This document shows, in pieces, positions 48,839 to 58,443 of a stretch of 64,000 nt of DNA (position 1 is the stretch's first letter; the number at the start of each line of letters is the position of its first letter). The notes under the pieces were generated by a model, which saw only the letters and a list, made by a program, of their open reading frames with translations, did not search any database and was not told the origin of the DNA. The DNA lies in assembly GCA_043826565.1 (NCBI GenBank), contig JBDRPX010000038.1, positions 6,334 to 70,333 of the forward strand. The letters are read 5' to 3'. The DNA comes from Candidatus Omnitrophota bacterium (GTDB lineage Bacteria > Omnitrophota > Gorgyraeia > B26-G9). The translations under genes were made by a program, and so were the position numbers.

Positions 48839-49933
48839 TTAATCTTCTATTACCTTAAAGGTTAAAATAACTCCACTGATAAACATTACTGTATTTGGCA
48901 GCCAAACGCCGATTATCGGGTCAATTTTACCGCGCAATGCAAAACTTTCTCCAAAAGCCATTAGCAAATAGTATAGTAGACAAATAATGAGGCTTAAGCC
49001 AAAACCCAGCGAACGTTCGCGCCGTTTAACGCGGATTGCCAGGGGCATGCCGATTAAAATGAAGACAAGACTGCTGAAGGAAAGTGAAAATTTTCGATAA
49101 AGTCCTACAAGTAGCGGTGTTTCATCAATATCTAATTTTTGCATAGCTTTAATTTCTTCCTTGACCTCATTTATGCTCATGTCGGAAACTTTTTTCCCGA
49201 GTTGAGTTGAAGTCTGAACTTCATTAAGGTAAAGAGATAAATGGTATGTTTTAAAATTTAATTTATAAAAAATGTCTGGATCCTCAAAGCTGGGCTCATC
49301 AGCAGTTCCATTTTTAAGCTCAAGTTTTAAAGAACCTTTTTCCGGGATGGGGATAAATGAGCCTGATTTTGCCACAATAGTTCTCGTGGGTTTGTTCTCC
49401 TGAGGCTGATAAATCCGGATATCTTGAAAACTATCATTGGTAATTTTGAATATAAAAATAATTTGATTTTTAAATGCTTTAATGAAAGTTTTTTCCTCAA
49501 GATATGCGGTTGGTTTTTTTATCCCGATTTCATTAACAATTGATCGCATTGTATAATGGGATTTCGGGATAATGGTATCGTTAAAATAAAGACAAAGCAA
49601 ACTAAACATTAACCCAATAAGAAATAAATCTATAGCAAGTGTATAAAGACTGATTCCGCTGGATCTTAAAGCAGTAATTTCATTATCCGATGACAGCCGG
49701 CCAAAGGTTAAAAGTGTGGCGGTGAGTATTGAAATAGGAATAGAAAATATAAGCAAAGAAGGCAATAGTGATAAAAACAATTTCAAGACAGTGCCAGGCG
49801 TAACTCCTTTAGCTATAACTAGTTCTGCAAGTTTAACCAGATTTCCTATAACCAAAACAAAACTTATAATTATAACTGAAAGCAGTAAAAGGGAAAACCA
49901 TTCTTTAAGTATATAATTTTTTAGTATTTTCAT
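48839..49933 (-). CDS. lptF: LPS export permease LptF (YjgP/YjgQ family)
   Basis: Paralog of the adjacent gene. Start chosen at 'MKILKNYILKEW' (49933), the canonical YjgP N-terminus, rather than track 50008. Confidence 0.75.
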   Translation of the reverse strand: MKILKNYILKEWFSLLLLSVIIISFVLVIGNLVKLAELVIAKGVTPGTVLKLFLSLLPSLLIFSIPISILTATLLTFGRLSSDNEITALRSSGISLYTLAIDLFLIGLMFSLLCLYFNDTIIPKSHYTMRSIVNEIGIKKPTAYLEEKTFIKAFKNQIIFIFKITNDSFQDIRIYQPQENKPTRTIVAKSGSFIPIPEKGSLKLELKNGTADEPSFEDPDIFYKLNFKTYHLSLYLNEVQTSTQLGKKVSDMSINEVKEEIKAMQKLDIDETPLLVGLYRKFSLSFSSLVFILIGMPLAIRVKRRERSLGFGLSLIICLLYYLLMAFGESFALRGKIDPIIGVWLPNTVMFISGVILTFKVIED

Positions 49934-49938
49934 TTGCT

Positions 49939-50622
49939 TTATCTCTGCCGGGCAAAAGTAAAAGTTGTTATTTTTTCTGCTCCGGCAATTTTTAAAATGC
50001 GGGAGCATTCATTTAGAGTAGCTCCGGTTGTAAATATATCATCAACTAGAAGTATTTTTTTATTTTTAAATAAATGATCTTTTGTGCACTTAAATGCATT
50101 GCCGACATTAGCCAGCCGTTCTTTTCTGGATAAATCAAACTGCGATCCAGTTTTTTTAATTCTAAGTAAGCTGCCGCATGAACAAGGGATATTAAAACGC
50201 CGGCCTATCGTGTTGGCCAAAATCTGCGCTTGGTTAAAGCCGCGTGTAGAAAATTTCGCTCTATGCAAAGGTACAGCAACTATAACATCCAGATCATTTG
50301 TATTTATATGCTTATCTAAAAATGAAGCCATTAATTCAGCCAATGCTTTTGCTAACCGTGTTTTTCTTCGATATTTAATCAAGTGTAAGCATTTGCGGGC
50401 TATCCCGCTATATGCAAATACACTTAAAGTTTTTTCAAAAAAGAACTGCTTGTTTTTTCTGGAAATACAAACAGGCAGCCCGGTTTTTTCTAGCCTAGCC
50501 AAGCAGTCTTTGCAAATATCCTGATCCTGAGGGCTGATTTTAATTTTACAAATCGGGCAAAATGCCGGAAAAATTATGTTTAGTAAATAATTAAGATAAG
50601 AATTTATTTTTAATAACCACAT
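49939..50622 (-). CDS. comF: ComF family protein (phosphoribosyltransferase domain with N-terminal Cys4 zinc finger)
   Basis: N-terminal 'CPICKIKISPQDQDICKDCL' and C-terminal PRTase motif 'ILLVDDIFTTGATL'. Confidence 0.8.
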   Translation of the reverse strand: MWLLKINSYLNYLLNIIFPAFCPICKIKISPQDQDICKDCLARLEKTGLPVCISRKNKQFFFEKTLSVFAYSGIARKCLHLIKYRRKTRLAKALAELMASFLDKHINTNDLDVIVAVPLHRAKFSTRGFNQAQILANTIGRRFNIPCSCGSLLRIKKTGSQFDLSRKERLANVGNAFKCTKDHLFKNKKILLVDDIFTTGATLNECSRILKIAGAEKITTFTFARQR

Positions 50623-50710
50623 AGTTTAATAATGTTAACTAAGTCTTTAATATAACACAAATAAGAACATTTTTCAAATAGGCAATCTGAATTTGCCGGG
50701 ATAGGAAGAA

Positions 50711-50762
50711 CTGGAAAATAAATTCCCTATGCCAAAATATTTATCGGCATAGGGAATTTTTA
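50711..50762 (-). terminator. Bidirectional intrinsic terminator downstream of the GT2 gene
   Basis: 12-bp perfect stem ATTCCCTATGCC/GGCATAGGGAAT with a 12-nt loop and T-rich flanks on both strands. Confidence 0.6.
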
Positions 50763-50784
50763 AATTACCCGGACATTAGTATAT

Positions 50785-51939
50785 TTAAAAACTGGGCTCA
50801 ATACAAAATGTTTTAAATTCTCTTGAGCGCTGTAAGCCGCCTTTTATGAACATCAGGTTAGTCATATATTTCATTTTGCACCAGGTAAAGAAATGCTTAC
50901 GCGGCTCCATAATAAAACAGTAATGGAAAAAGCGCTTAGCCAGAAACAGCGTGATCAAGGCGCTGATACTCGCTGTAATCAGAAGTGCTTGTCCGCCGAT
51001 TCCCAAAGCTAGGAGGATGGCACTTATAATAGCTAAAAGCCCAGTAACATGCATAATATGAAAATCACCGATGTAAATAAATCCTTTAATCGGAGAAGGT
51101 ATCTTGACCATCGGCATTTTCGGCCAGGCACCAAATGACTGGAATATAATGTCCATGTAATTTGAAGCATGTGCTGCCAATAGAGGTGCATGAGCTTTTC
51201 CATAAGTTACCCACACTTTTTTAAGAGCCGGGAAGTCTGCCCGATGCATATGATCAACTTTGGCTTGTGGTGCGAAATAGAGTTTCCAGCCGTTTTGTTG
51301 TATTCTCAGGCCGAATTCAATATCCTCACCGGTGGGTTCTTTCCAGAATTCTGCCTTGGCCTGGTCAATAGCCTCTTTTCTATATGCGGCATTTGCCGTA
51401 ACGAAAAAGTAAGCCCGATGTCCCGCAATCTGAGTGGGGGATTTATCTGTTAATGGAGGGAAATATCCTTCCTCGATATGCCCATAGCGTGGGGCGACAC
51501 TATTAAATCTAAAATGTTCACAAAATAATTCGGTAAGGTTATTAGAATCAACTCGAAGAGTAAAAATTTCTCCGCCGACAATCCCGACTTTCGGGTCTTT
51601 GGCAAAAATTGCCAGCATTTCGGCTATCCAGTTTTCACACGGGGCACAGTCACCGTCGGTAAAAAAAATAAACTCACCCTTTACCGCTTTTAAGGCTTTA
51701 TTACGAGCGTATCCCGGGCAAGGGCAGTTAGGTACCTCAACCAGCTTTATGAACGGATGTTTGCTTTGCCATTCTTTAATTACATCAAGGGTTTTATCCG
51801 AGCTGCCTCCGTCAGAGATGACGATTTCCATCTTTTCCCGCGGATATTTAACGTTAAGTAAGTATTCAAAGGTTTTTCCCAGAGTTCGCTCAGCATTTCT
51901 CACGGGAACTATAATTGAAATAAAAGGTTCTATTGCCAC
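50785..51939 (-). CDS. Glycosyltransferase family 2 with C-terminal TM region
   Basis: 'IISIIVPVRNAERTL...VISDGGSSDKT' GT-A DxD context, 'FFTDGDC', and C-terminal hydrophobic helices. Confidence 0.8.
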   Translation of the reverse strand: MAIEPFISIIVPVRNAERTLGKTFEYLLNVKYPREKMEIVISDGGSSDKTLDVIKEWQSKHPFIKLVEVPNCPCPGYARNKALKAVKGEFIFFTDGDCAPCENWIAEMLAIFAKDPKVGIVGGEIFTLRVDSNNLTELFCEHFRFNSVAPRYGHIEEGYFPPLTDKSPTQIAGHRAYFFVTANAAYRKEAIDQAKAEFWKEPTGEDIEFGLRIQQNGWKLYFAPQAKVDHMHRADFPALKKVWVTYGKAHAPLLAAHASNYMDIIFQSFGAWPKMPMVKIPSPIKGFIYIGDFHIMHVTGLLAIISAILLALGIGGQALLITASISALITLFLAKRFFHYCFIMEPRKHFFTWCKMKYMTNLMFIKGGLQRSREFKTFCIEPSF

Positions 51940-52070
51940 GATGACCTCCTTTTTGCACAGCTGGCTTTGTGCCAGCCGAAGTTAATATTTTAGCTGATTC
52001 ATTATAATTTTTAGTCTTAATAATGTCAAGGAATAATAAGGCATTAGTTTTAATTTTTTTATTTTTTGCA

Positions 52071-52099
52071 ATTGACAATTTATTGAGCAAAGTGTATAA
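52071..52099 (+). promoter_or_regulatory. Consensus sigma70 promoter (TTGACA-17-TATAAT)
   Basis: TTGACA at 52071-52076 and TATAAT at 52094-52099. Confidence 0.55.
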
Positions 52100-52132
52100 T
52101 TTATTATCAGAAAAGGAGATAAAGATATCAGG

Positions 52133-52816
52133 ATGGAGCCAGGAGATAAACTATTTAAGACTACTTTTTTTATTTCTTTATTGTTTCACGCGTTTGTGTT
52201 GTTGCCGATCCCGGATTTGAATTCAAATAATCAGCATCAAGATACAACTCCGTATTTTCGTTATTTGAATATCAATGCTAATCAGGCATCTGATCTGAAA
52301 ATTAGCCAAAAAGCTAATATGGAAAAACAAGATGTTTCTTCCCAAAGAAAACGTATCGAAGCTAAAAAAACGCCACGAAAAACTGCGCAGAGAACAGCTA
52401 ATAAGCCGGCAAAAGACTTAACATCTATAAAGTCGCAAAATCAAGAAATTGCCGGGGAAACAGAGGTTCTTCCGGAACAGCAAATTATTACCAAAAACGA
52501 ACCAGTTAATAAGTCTTTAAAAAATGATAAAGCTTATATTAAATACTATGAGATTATAAATCAAAAATTGCGGGAATCTATAGTTTATCCTCAGTATTTC
52601 TCTGAGGGAGAGGTTTCTGTGTCATTCGTGGTTACTGCTGACGGAAAATTAATGAGCGTTGATGTTGTTAATGACAATTCTTCCGGGAATTCAATTCTTA
52701 GAGACACGGCTGTTCAAATAGTTGAAAAGGCCTCGCCGTTTCCTCCATTTCCGGAGAGTCTCCGGCGTATACAACTTACGTTTAATGTGGTTATTTGTTT
52801 TCGAGAACAAAGTTGA
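52133..52816 (+). CDS. TonB family protein (C-terminal TonB domain)
   Basis: N-terminal TM helix, a Lys/Pro/Thr-rich linker, and C-terminal 'YPQYFSEGEVSVSFVVTADGKLMSVDVV...SGNSILRDTAVQ' TonB_C. Confidence 0.65.
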   Translation: MEPGDKLFKTTFFISLLFHAFVLLPIPDLNSNNQHQDTTPYFRYLNINANQASDLKISQKANMEKQDVSSQRKRIEAKKTPRKTAQRTANKPAKDLTSIKSQNQEIAGETEVLPEQQIITKNEPVNKSLKNDKAYIKYYEIINQKLRESIVYPQYFSEGEVSVSFVVTADGKLMSVDVVNDNSSGNSILRDTAVQIVEKASPFPPFPESLRRIQLTFNVVICFREQS

Positions 52817-52851
52817 ATATCTTTTCGTTCAATTGATCTCCAAAGGTAGGT

Positions 52852-53586
52852 ATGTACGGAAAAAGAGTATATCGGTCTTCTGTCAAAAATTCCGGTTTGT
52901 TGAAGTTTCGAGTGCAGTATTATGAAAGCGATCTATTTATATGCGCAGAAAGTAATTTACAATCAAAAGCAAAGGAATTGCTGGTTTTTTACCATTCGTT
53001 AATCAGTAAATACATTGAACATAATCAGGTATTTGCAAATTCATTAACTCCTGTCGCGGTAGATGTTCAAGCTCCGCTTATCGTGGAAAACATGATAAAT
53101 GCGGCATTGAAGGCCGAGGTGGGGCCGATGGCCTGTGTGGCCGGAGCTATTGCTGAATTTGTGGGTAATGATTTGCTTAAATATTCCAAAGAAATTATCG
53201 TAGAGAATGGAGGGGATATATTTTTATCCATCAAAGAACCGAGAAGAGTAGGCATTTTTGCCGGGGTTAACAGTATTTATAATAAAATTGCTTTACGTTT
53301 TACTCCTGAAAAAACTCCTTGCGGTATATGCACTTCCAGCGGGACAATCGGACATTCATTAAGTTTTGGGTCAACTATGGCCACGGTTATAATAGCTGAT
53401 TCTGCTCTTGTTGCTGACGGTTTTGCAACTGCCATAGCAAATAGAGTTAAATCTGATGAAGATATCCCGATAGTGCTCGAGAGAATTAAATTTGAAAGGT
53501 TAATAAAAGCGGCAGTAATAATTACGGCTAAAGAGTTTGCCGTGCACGGCGATATAGAGTTGGAGATTCTTGACAAAGCGCTCTAG
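52852..53586 (+). CDS. ApbE-like / UPF0280 family protein
   Basis: 244 aa. 'GPMACVAGAIAEFVG' and C-terminal 'ADGFATAIAN' resemble ApbE-superfamily motifs. Length fits UPF0280. Confidence 0.45.
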   Translation: MYGKRVYRSSVKNSGLLKFRVQYYESDLFICAESNLQSKAKELLVFYHSLISKYIEHNQVFANSLTPVAVDVQAPLIVENMINAALKAEVGPMACVAGAIAEFVGNDLLKYSKEIIVENGGDIFLSIKEPRRVGIFAGVNSIYNKIALRFTPEKTPCGICTSSGTIGHSLSFGSTMATVIIADSALVADGFATAIANRVKSDEDIPIVLERIKFERLIKAAVIITAKEFAVHGDIELEILDKAL

Positions 53587-53662
53587 CGTTGCTATAATAA
53601 TTCTACTTTTCTTAAATTTTACATAAAAACCTCTAAAAAACGCATAGGAATATATAACCACT

Positions 53663-56281
53663 ATGAAACAAAAAATTTACTTTTTCCTGTTGCTGATTAT
53701 TATTGTGTATTCTGTTGTTGCTCCAGCAAATGCAGCCGGCATAGATAACCGGTCTGAACTTTCCAAAAACTCAATAAAAATTGAAAAATTTAAACTTAAA
53801 AATGGTCTGACTGTTCTCATTCAGGAAAATCACAATTCGAAACTTGCTGCTTTTGAAATGCTTGTTAAAACCGGTAGTTTGTCTGAAGGTCAAAAGCAAG
53901 GTTCGGGAATTGCGCATCTTATTGAGCATATGTTGTTTAAAGGCACTCCTACGCGCCCGCAGGGGAAGATAGAGGATGAAGTAAGGTCTCTAGGCGGTAG
54001 TATTAACGGCTATACAGCGCACCAGTTTACGGGGTTTCCTTTGGTTGTCCCCTCAGACAAAATAGACCATGGATTAAATCTTCTTCGCGATATGATTTTT
54101 AATCCGCAGTTTGACCCGGAGGAACTTCAAAAGGAAAAAGGTGTTATTTTAAGCGAAATACGGCTTAATCAAGATGACCCGCAAAGGTATTTAAACCGTA
54201 CTTTTTGGGAAACAATCTATGCAACTGCACCGTATAATTTTCCGGTTATCGGATTAGAAATATTATTTGTAAAATTAAAACAGGAAGATTTGCTTGAATT
54301 CCATCGCAAATGGTATATTCCCAATAATATGATAATCTCAATATCCGGTGATGTTAACACTTATTTAACTTTGGAAAAGGTTAAGAATATGTTCGGAAAT
54401 TTAGAAATGCAGGATTTTCCGCAACTTCTTCTGGATAAAACTCCGGAATTTCGTTCTCAAACAGAACTTGCGGAACCTTTTGACGTGAATGTTTCGTATC
54501 TGATGATTGGGTTTCCCAGTGTGAAAACAAATCATCAAGACGCAGCCTGTCTGGATATTATTGCCAGTATTTTGGGGCAGGGGCAGAGTTCCCGTTTACA
54601 TAAATCCCTTGTCGAAGATAAAAAACTTGCCTATTCTATCGAGGCCTATAATTATACTCCGGAGTTTCCGGGATTTTTTGCTGTTTCCTGCTTATTTGAT
54701 TATGAAAACCGTGAAATTATTAAGGAAAATATATTTTCGCAATTAGAGTTTCTGGAACGTGATAAAGGATTGGAAACAGAAATAGAGAAAGCAAAAAACA
54801 GCTACTTTAGTGAGTATTTGTTTTCCCAAAAAACAGTCCAGTCCCAAGCTCAAACGGCAGCTCATGATGAGGCATATTCCCAGGACCCTTATTTTTCACA
54901 AAAATATCTCAAAAGAATTTCCCGGGTTAGCGCACAAGATGTTCGGCGATGCGTCAGGGATTATTTCCAGCCTGAAAAAGTGGTGAGTATAATATTATTT
55001 CCTAAAGATATTGTTTTAGAAAAAGAAATTGAAAAAATGCAATCCACGGAGCCAATAAAAAAAATCATGCTGGATAATGGCTTGACAGTTTTATTGAAAA
55101 AAAATCCTGCCAGTGCTACGGTATCGTTACATGCGGTATTCGGCGGCGGGGTTAGAAGAGAGGATGAAACAAATAATGGATTGTTTAATTTGCTTAGTAA
55201 AATGTTAATCCGGGGAACAAAACATTATAATGGTAAACGAATAGCTGAAGAAATAGAATATATCGGGGGAGATGTATCTGTTTTTAGCGGATATAATAGT
55301 TTTGGCCTTAATCTGGAGATTCTTAGTAAGGATATTGATCAAGGACTTGATTTCTTTACGGAAATGGTTAGAAATTCGGTTTTTCCGGATAAAGAGTTTC
55401 AGGTGGAAAAACACCTGGCTCTTAAAAATATAGAAATTCAGAATGACGAAATTTTTCAAGACACATTTAATCGTTTAAAGGAAACACTTTTTGTTTTTTT
55501 GCCATATCATTTCACAAAAGTTGGTAAAAAAACTAGCGTAGATGCTATAACTCGTGAACAGCTTTTATCTTATTATCGTAAGTTTTGCGTTCCGAATAAT
55601 ACGGTGATCTCAGTTTTTGGGGATATTGATCCGGAAAAAATAGAGATACTATTGAAGAAAAACTTTTCTAACTGGAAACCAGGCCAAATAGAAAAACAGG
55701 TTTATCCTGATCTCCTGCCGCAGGAAAAGCAAAGAATTGTAAGAAATGAACGGGATAAAAAACAGGCCGTTGTTATGATTGGGTTCCCGGGGGTTCAGTT
55801 GCATAACCGGGAACGATTTGGGTTGTTATTTTTAAGCCGTGTTTTAAGTGCTCCCGGGTCGGTATTGTATCAAAGAATACGTGACGAATTGGGGCTTGCT
55901 TATAGTTTGGGCGGCGATGTGGTTAGTGGTTTAGACGGCGGGTATTTTTATATTTACGTTGCGACGACTCCTGCAAATACAGAGCAGGTTACTAAGATTG
56001 TTTTTGAGGAAATTGAAAAAATTAAGAAACAGATGCTGAGTGACCAAGTAATCGAGACTACGAAGAGCGATTTGATCGGACAACACCGATTACAGCGGGA
56101 AGCAGATTCTGAACTGAGTTTTATTTGTTCGCTAGAGGAGCTTTTTGGCCTAGGCTATGATTATTATAATAAGATCGAAGAAGAAATAAAAATACTTGAT
56201 GCCCAGACATTAAATCTTTTAGCTAATAAATATTTAAATATTGATAAGAGTGTTGTTGTTGTAACGAAAAGTGAATTCTAA
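53663..56281 (+). CDS. Secreted tandem M16 zinc peptidase (two pitrilysin-like units)
   Basis: Signal peptide. HxxEH 'GIAHLIEHMLFKGT' in the first unit and a second M16-like unit (LHAVFGGG..., GIPGVQL...). Confidence 0.85.
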   Translation: MKQKIYFFLLLIIIVYSVVAPANAAGIDNRSELSKNSIKIEKFKLKNGLTVLIQENHNSKLAAFEMLVKTGSLSEGQKQGSGIAHLIEHMLFKGTPTRPQGKIEDEVRSLGGSINGYTAHQFTGFPLVVPSDKIDHGLNLLRDMIFNPQFDPEELQKEKGVILSEIRLNQDDPQRYLNRTFWETIYATAPYNFPVIGLEILFVKLKQEDLLEFHRKWYIPNNMIISISGDVNTYLTLEKVKNMFGNLEMQDFPQLLLDKTPEFRSQTELAEPFDVNVSYLMIGFPSVKTNHQDAACLDIIASILGQGQSSRLHKSLVEDKKLAYSIEAYNYTPEFPGFFAVSCLFDYENREIIKENIFSQLEFLERDKGLETEIEKAKNSYFSEYLFSQKTVQSQAQTAAHDEAYSQDPYFSQKYLKRISRVSAQDVRRCVRDYFQPEKVVSIILFPKDIVLEKEIEKMQSTEPIKKIMLDNGLTVLLKKNPASATVSLHAVFGGGVRREDETNNGLFNLLSKMLIRGTKHYNGKRIAEEIEYIGGDVSVFSGYNSFGLNLEILSKDIDQGLDFFTEMVRNSVFPDKEFQVEKHLALKNIEIQNDEIFQDTFNRLKETLFVFLPYHFTKVGKKTSVDAITREQLLSYYRKFCVPNNTVISVFGDIDPEKIEILLKKNFSNWKPGQIEKQVYPDLLPQEKQRIVRNERDKKQAVVMIGFPGVQLHNRERFGLLFLSRVLSAPGSVLYQRIRDELGLAYSLGGDVVSGLDGGYFYIYVATTPANTEQVTKIVFEEIEKIKKQMLSDQVIETTKSDLIGQHRLQREADSELSFICSLEELFGLGYDYYNKIEEEIKILDAQTLNLLANKYLNIDKSVVVVTKSEF

Positions 56282-57201
56282 TGATAAGTATTTCTACGGC
56301 ATGGAACTCTAGCATTGATAATGTTAACGGTAATTTAATCGTTGATCAAATAAAGGAAATCGGAGTTAGGAATATTGAGCTTGGATTTAGCCTTTCCGCC
56401 AAGACTGTAGATGAAATAATTAACCGGCAAAAATCAGGCGAAATAGTGATCACAAGTGTGCATAATTTTTGCCCGGTACCGGAAGGTTTTGATCTTTCTA
56501 CGTTTACCCCTGATTTTTACTCTTTATCCAGCGATCAGTCAGAGCAGAGAAAGAAGGCGGTTGATCTTACGAAGGAGTCTATAAATACTGCGTCTTTTGT
56601 GCAGGCTAAGGCTTTGGTATTGCATTCCGGCAGAGTCGAAATGCCGCAAAGAACTAAGACATTAATAGAGTTGTATGAGCGGGGATTAAAAGGTCAGCCT
56701 GAGTTCGAAAAATATTTTTCTTCAATGCGGGAAGAACGGGCAAATAAAAGCCCGGTATTTTTGAAATCAATAATTAACAGTTTGGAAGAGCTGCTGCCTT
56801 TTGCAAAAAAAAGAGGGGTAAATATTTGTCTGGAAAATAGATTCTATTATCGTGAGATTCCTTCATTAACTGAATTTGAGGAAATTTTTGATTATTTTTC
56901 CGGAGCGGACAATTTGTTTTACTGGCATGATTGCGGACATGCTCAAGTTGCGGGAAATTTGGGCTTTGCCAAGCATTCTGAATATCTTGAGCGGTATGGA
57001 AATAAAATGCTGGGGATCCATCTGCATGATGTTACTGGGGCAAAAGACCATCAGGCTCCGGGGCTGGGAAATTTAAATTTTTCTGTGTTAAAACCCTATC
57101 TTAATGGTGATATAATACAAGTTATTGAGGTACACCAGCCGACTACTTCCCGGCAAATTAAGGAAGGTATTGAGCATTTGCGGGAAATCGGGATTGTTTA
57201 A
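56281..57201 (+). CDS. Sugar phosphate isomerase/epimerase (xylose-isomerase-like TIM barrel)
   Basis: AP_endonuc_2-type pattern 'LVLHSG...ICLEN...WHDCGHAQV...IHLHD'. Function unknown. Confidence 0.6.
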   Translation: MISISTAWNSSIDNVNGNLIVDQIKEIGVRNIELGFSLSAKTVDEIINRQKSGEIVITSVHNFCPVPEGFDLSTFTPDFYSLSSDQSEQRKKAVDLTKESINTASFVQAKALVLHSGRVEMPQRTKTLIELYERGLKGQPEFEKYFSSMREERANKSPVFLKSIINSLEELLPFAKKRGVNICLENRFYYREIPSLTEFEEIFDYFSGADNLFYWHDCGHAQVAGNLGFAKHSEYLERYGNKMLGIHLHDVTGAKDHQAPGLGNLNFSVLKPYLNGDIIQVIEVHQPTTSRQIKEGIEHLREIGIV

Positions 57202-57224
57202 AATAATGACCAGAAAGATTAATT

Positions 57225-58031
57225 ATGGATAGAAAAGCTGTTGTTGCCGGTCATTTTTACTCGAATGATAAAAATACGTTGCGGGAAGATATTGCGAGGT
57301 TAACCGCAGAAACTGGAGCGCAGAAAAAGAAGGCGATAGCTGCGATTATGCCTCATGCCGGGTATGTTTATTCCGGGGTAGTTGCGGGAAAAACCATTGC
57401 AGAACTGGAAGTCCCGGATACTGTAGTAATCATGGGCCCGAACCATACCGGCTTAGGCAAACCTTATAGTATTGTAACTTCCGGAGTTTGGGAAACTCCG
57501 TTAGGCCAGACTTTTATCGACGAGAATTTAGCGAGTTTAATAGTCGGTAATTCTCAATTTATTGAAGAGGACGAAAGTGCTCATATGTATGAGCATTGTA
57601 TTGAGGTTGAGATTCCCTTTTTTCAATATATAAACAAAAATATTAATATTGTACCCATGGTGATCAATGATTTAATATTGAAATCGTTTAAAATTGTGGG
57701 GGAAGATATTGCGCGGGCAATTGGGGAATTCAAGAAGCCTGTTTTAATTGTTGCCAGTTCGGATATGACGCATTATGAACCTCAAGCTCAGGCCCAGGAA
57801 AAAGATCGGGAAGCAATTGATTGCATCCTCGAACTTAATCCTGAAAAATTGCATGAGGTAGTTATGAGGCGTAATATCTCTATGTGCGGGTTTGCTCCGG
57901 TTTGTGTAGCACTGTATGCGTGTAAATCATTAAATGCTCAAGCCGGAAACTTAGTGGCCTATCAGACCAGCGGAGATTTTTCCGGAGATTATGATAGTGT
58001 TGTCGGTTATGCGGGAATAATAATAAGTTAA
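57225..58031 (+). CDS. MEMO1-family protein (AmmeMemoRadiSam system protein B-like)
   Basis: 'AVVAGHFYSNDKNTLREDI...AAIMPHAGYVYSGVVAG' matches the MEMO-like N-terminal signature. Confidence 0.8.
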   Translation: MDRKAVVAGHFYSNDKNTLREDIARLTAETGAQKKKAIAAIMPHAGYVYSGVVAGKTIAELEVPDTVVIMGPNHTGLGKPYSIVTSGVWETPLGQTFIDENLASLIVGNSQFIEEDESAHMYEHCIEVEIPFFQYINKNINIVPMVINDLILKSFKIVGEDIARAIGEFKKPVLIVASSDMTHYEPQAQAQEKDREAIDCILELNPEKLHEVVMRRNISMCGFAPVCVALYACKSLNAQAGNLVAYQTSGDFSGDYDSVVGYAGIIIS

Positions 58032-58045
58032 TAAGGAGTTTGATT

Positions 58046-58390
58046 ATGGATGAAAAACATGTTGATGAAAGCTGGAAGGAGCAGGTAGAAAAAGACAAGG
58101 TTGGGGCTCATGAAGAACCGGAAAGTCAGGCCCCGGAGCAGGAAATGCCGCCGGTAAGCTTTGCTTTATTTATCTCAAGCTTAGGGATGCAGGCGCTGAT
58201 GTCTTTAGGTGAAATTGAAAATCCGATGACAAATCAAAAAGAGGTGGATATTAATCAGGCTAAATATTTGATTGATACTATGGAGATGCTTGCCCAAAAA
58301 ACAACCGGGAATTTATCTGAAGAAGAAAATAAAATTGTTGATCAGTTATTGTATGAGCTGCGCATGAAATTTATCAGCTTAAATAAATAA
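58046..58390 (+). CDS. Small acidic hypothetical protein (DUF1844-like)
   Basis: 'SFALFISSLGMQALMSLGEIENP' resembles the DUF1844 core. ATG 58046 lies 7 nt after AAGGAG. Confidence 0.45.
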   Translation: MDEKHVDESWKEQVEKDKVGAHEEPESQAPEQEMPPVSFALFISSLGMQALMSLGEIENPMTNQKEVDINQAKYLIDTMEMLAQKTTGNLSEEENKIVDQLLYELRMKFISLNK

Positions 58391-58443
58391 CTCATTGAAA
58401 AATAAGGATGTTAAGTTTATAATAGTTAACCTTGGAGGAAAAG

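Noticed and set aside
52722-52925. 67-aa ORF bridging the TonB gene end and the next gene start
   Set aside because: It overlaps the TonB C-terminal domain in another frame and the start of the 52852 ORF. No RBS.
53067-53576. Minus-strand ORFs (53067..53255, 53277..53576) opposite the ApbE-like gene
   Set aside because: Ala/Ser-rich low-complexity translations antisense to a plausible + strand CDS. No start or RBS context.
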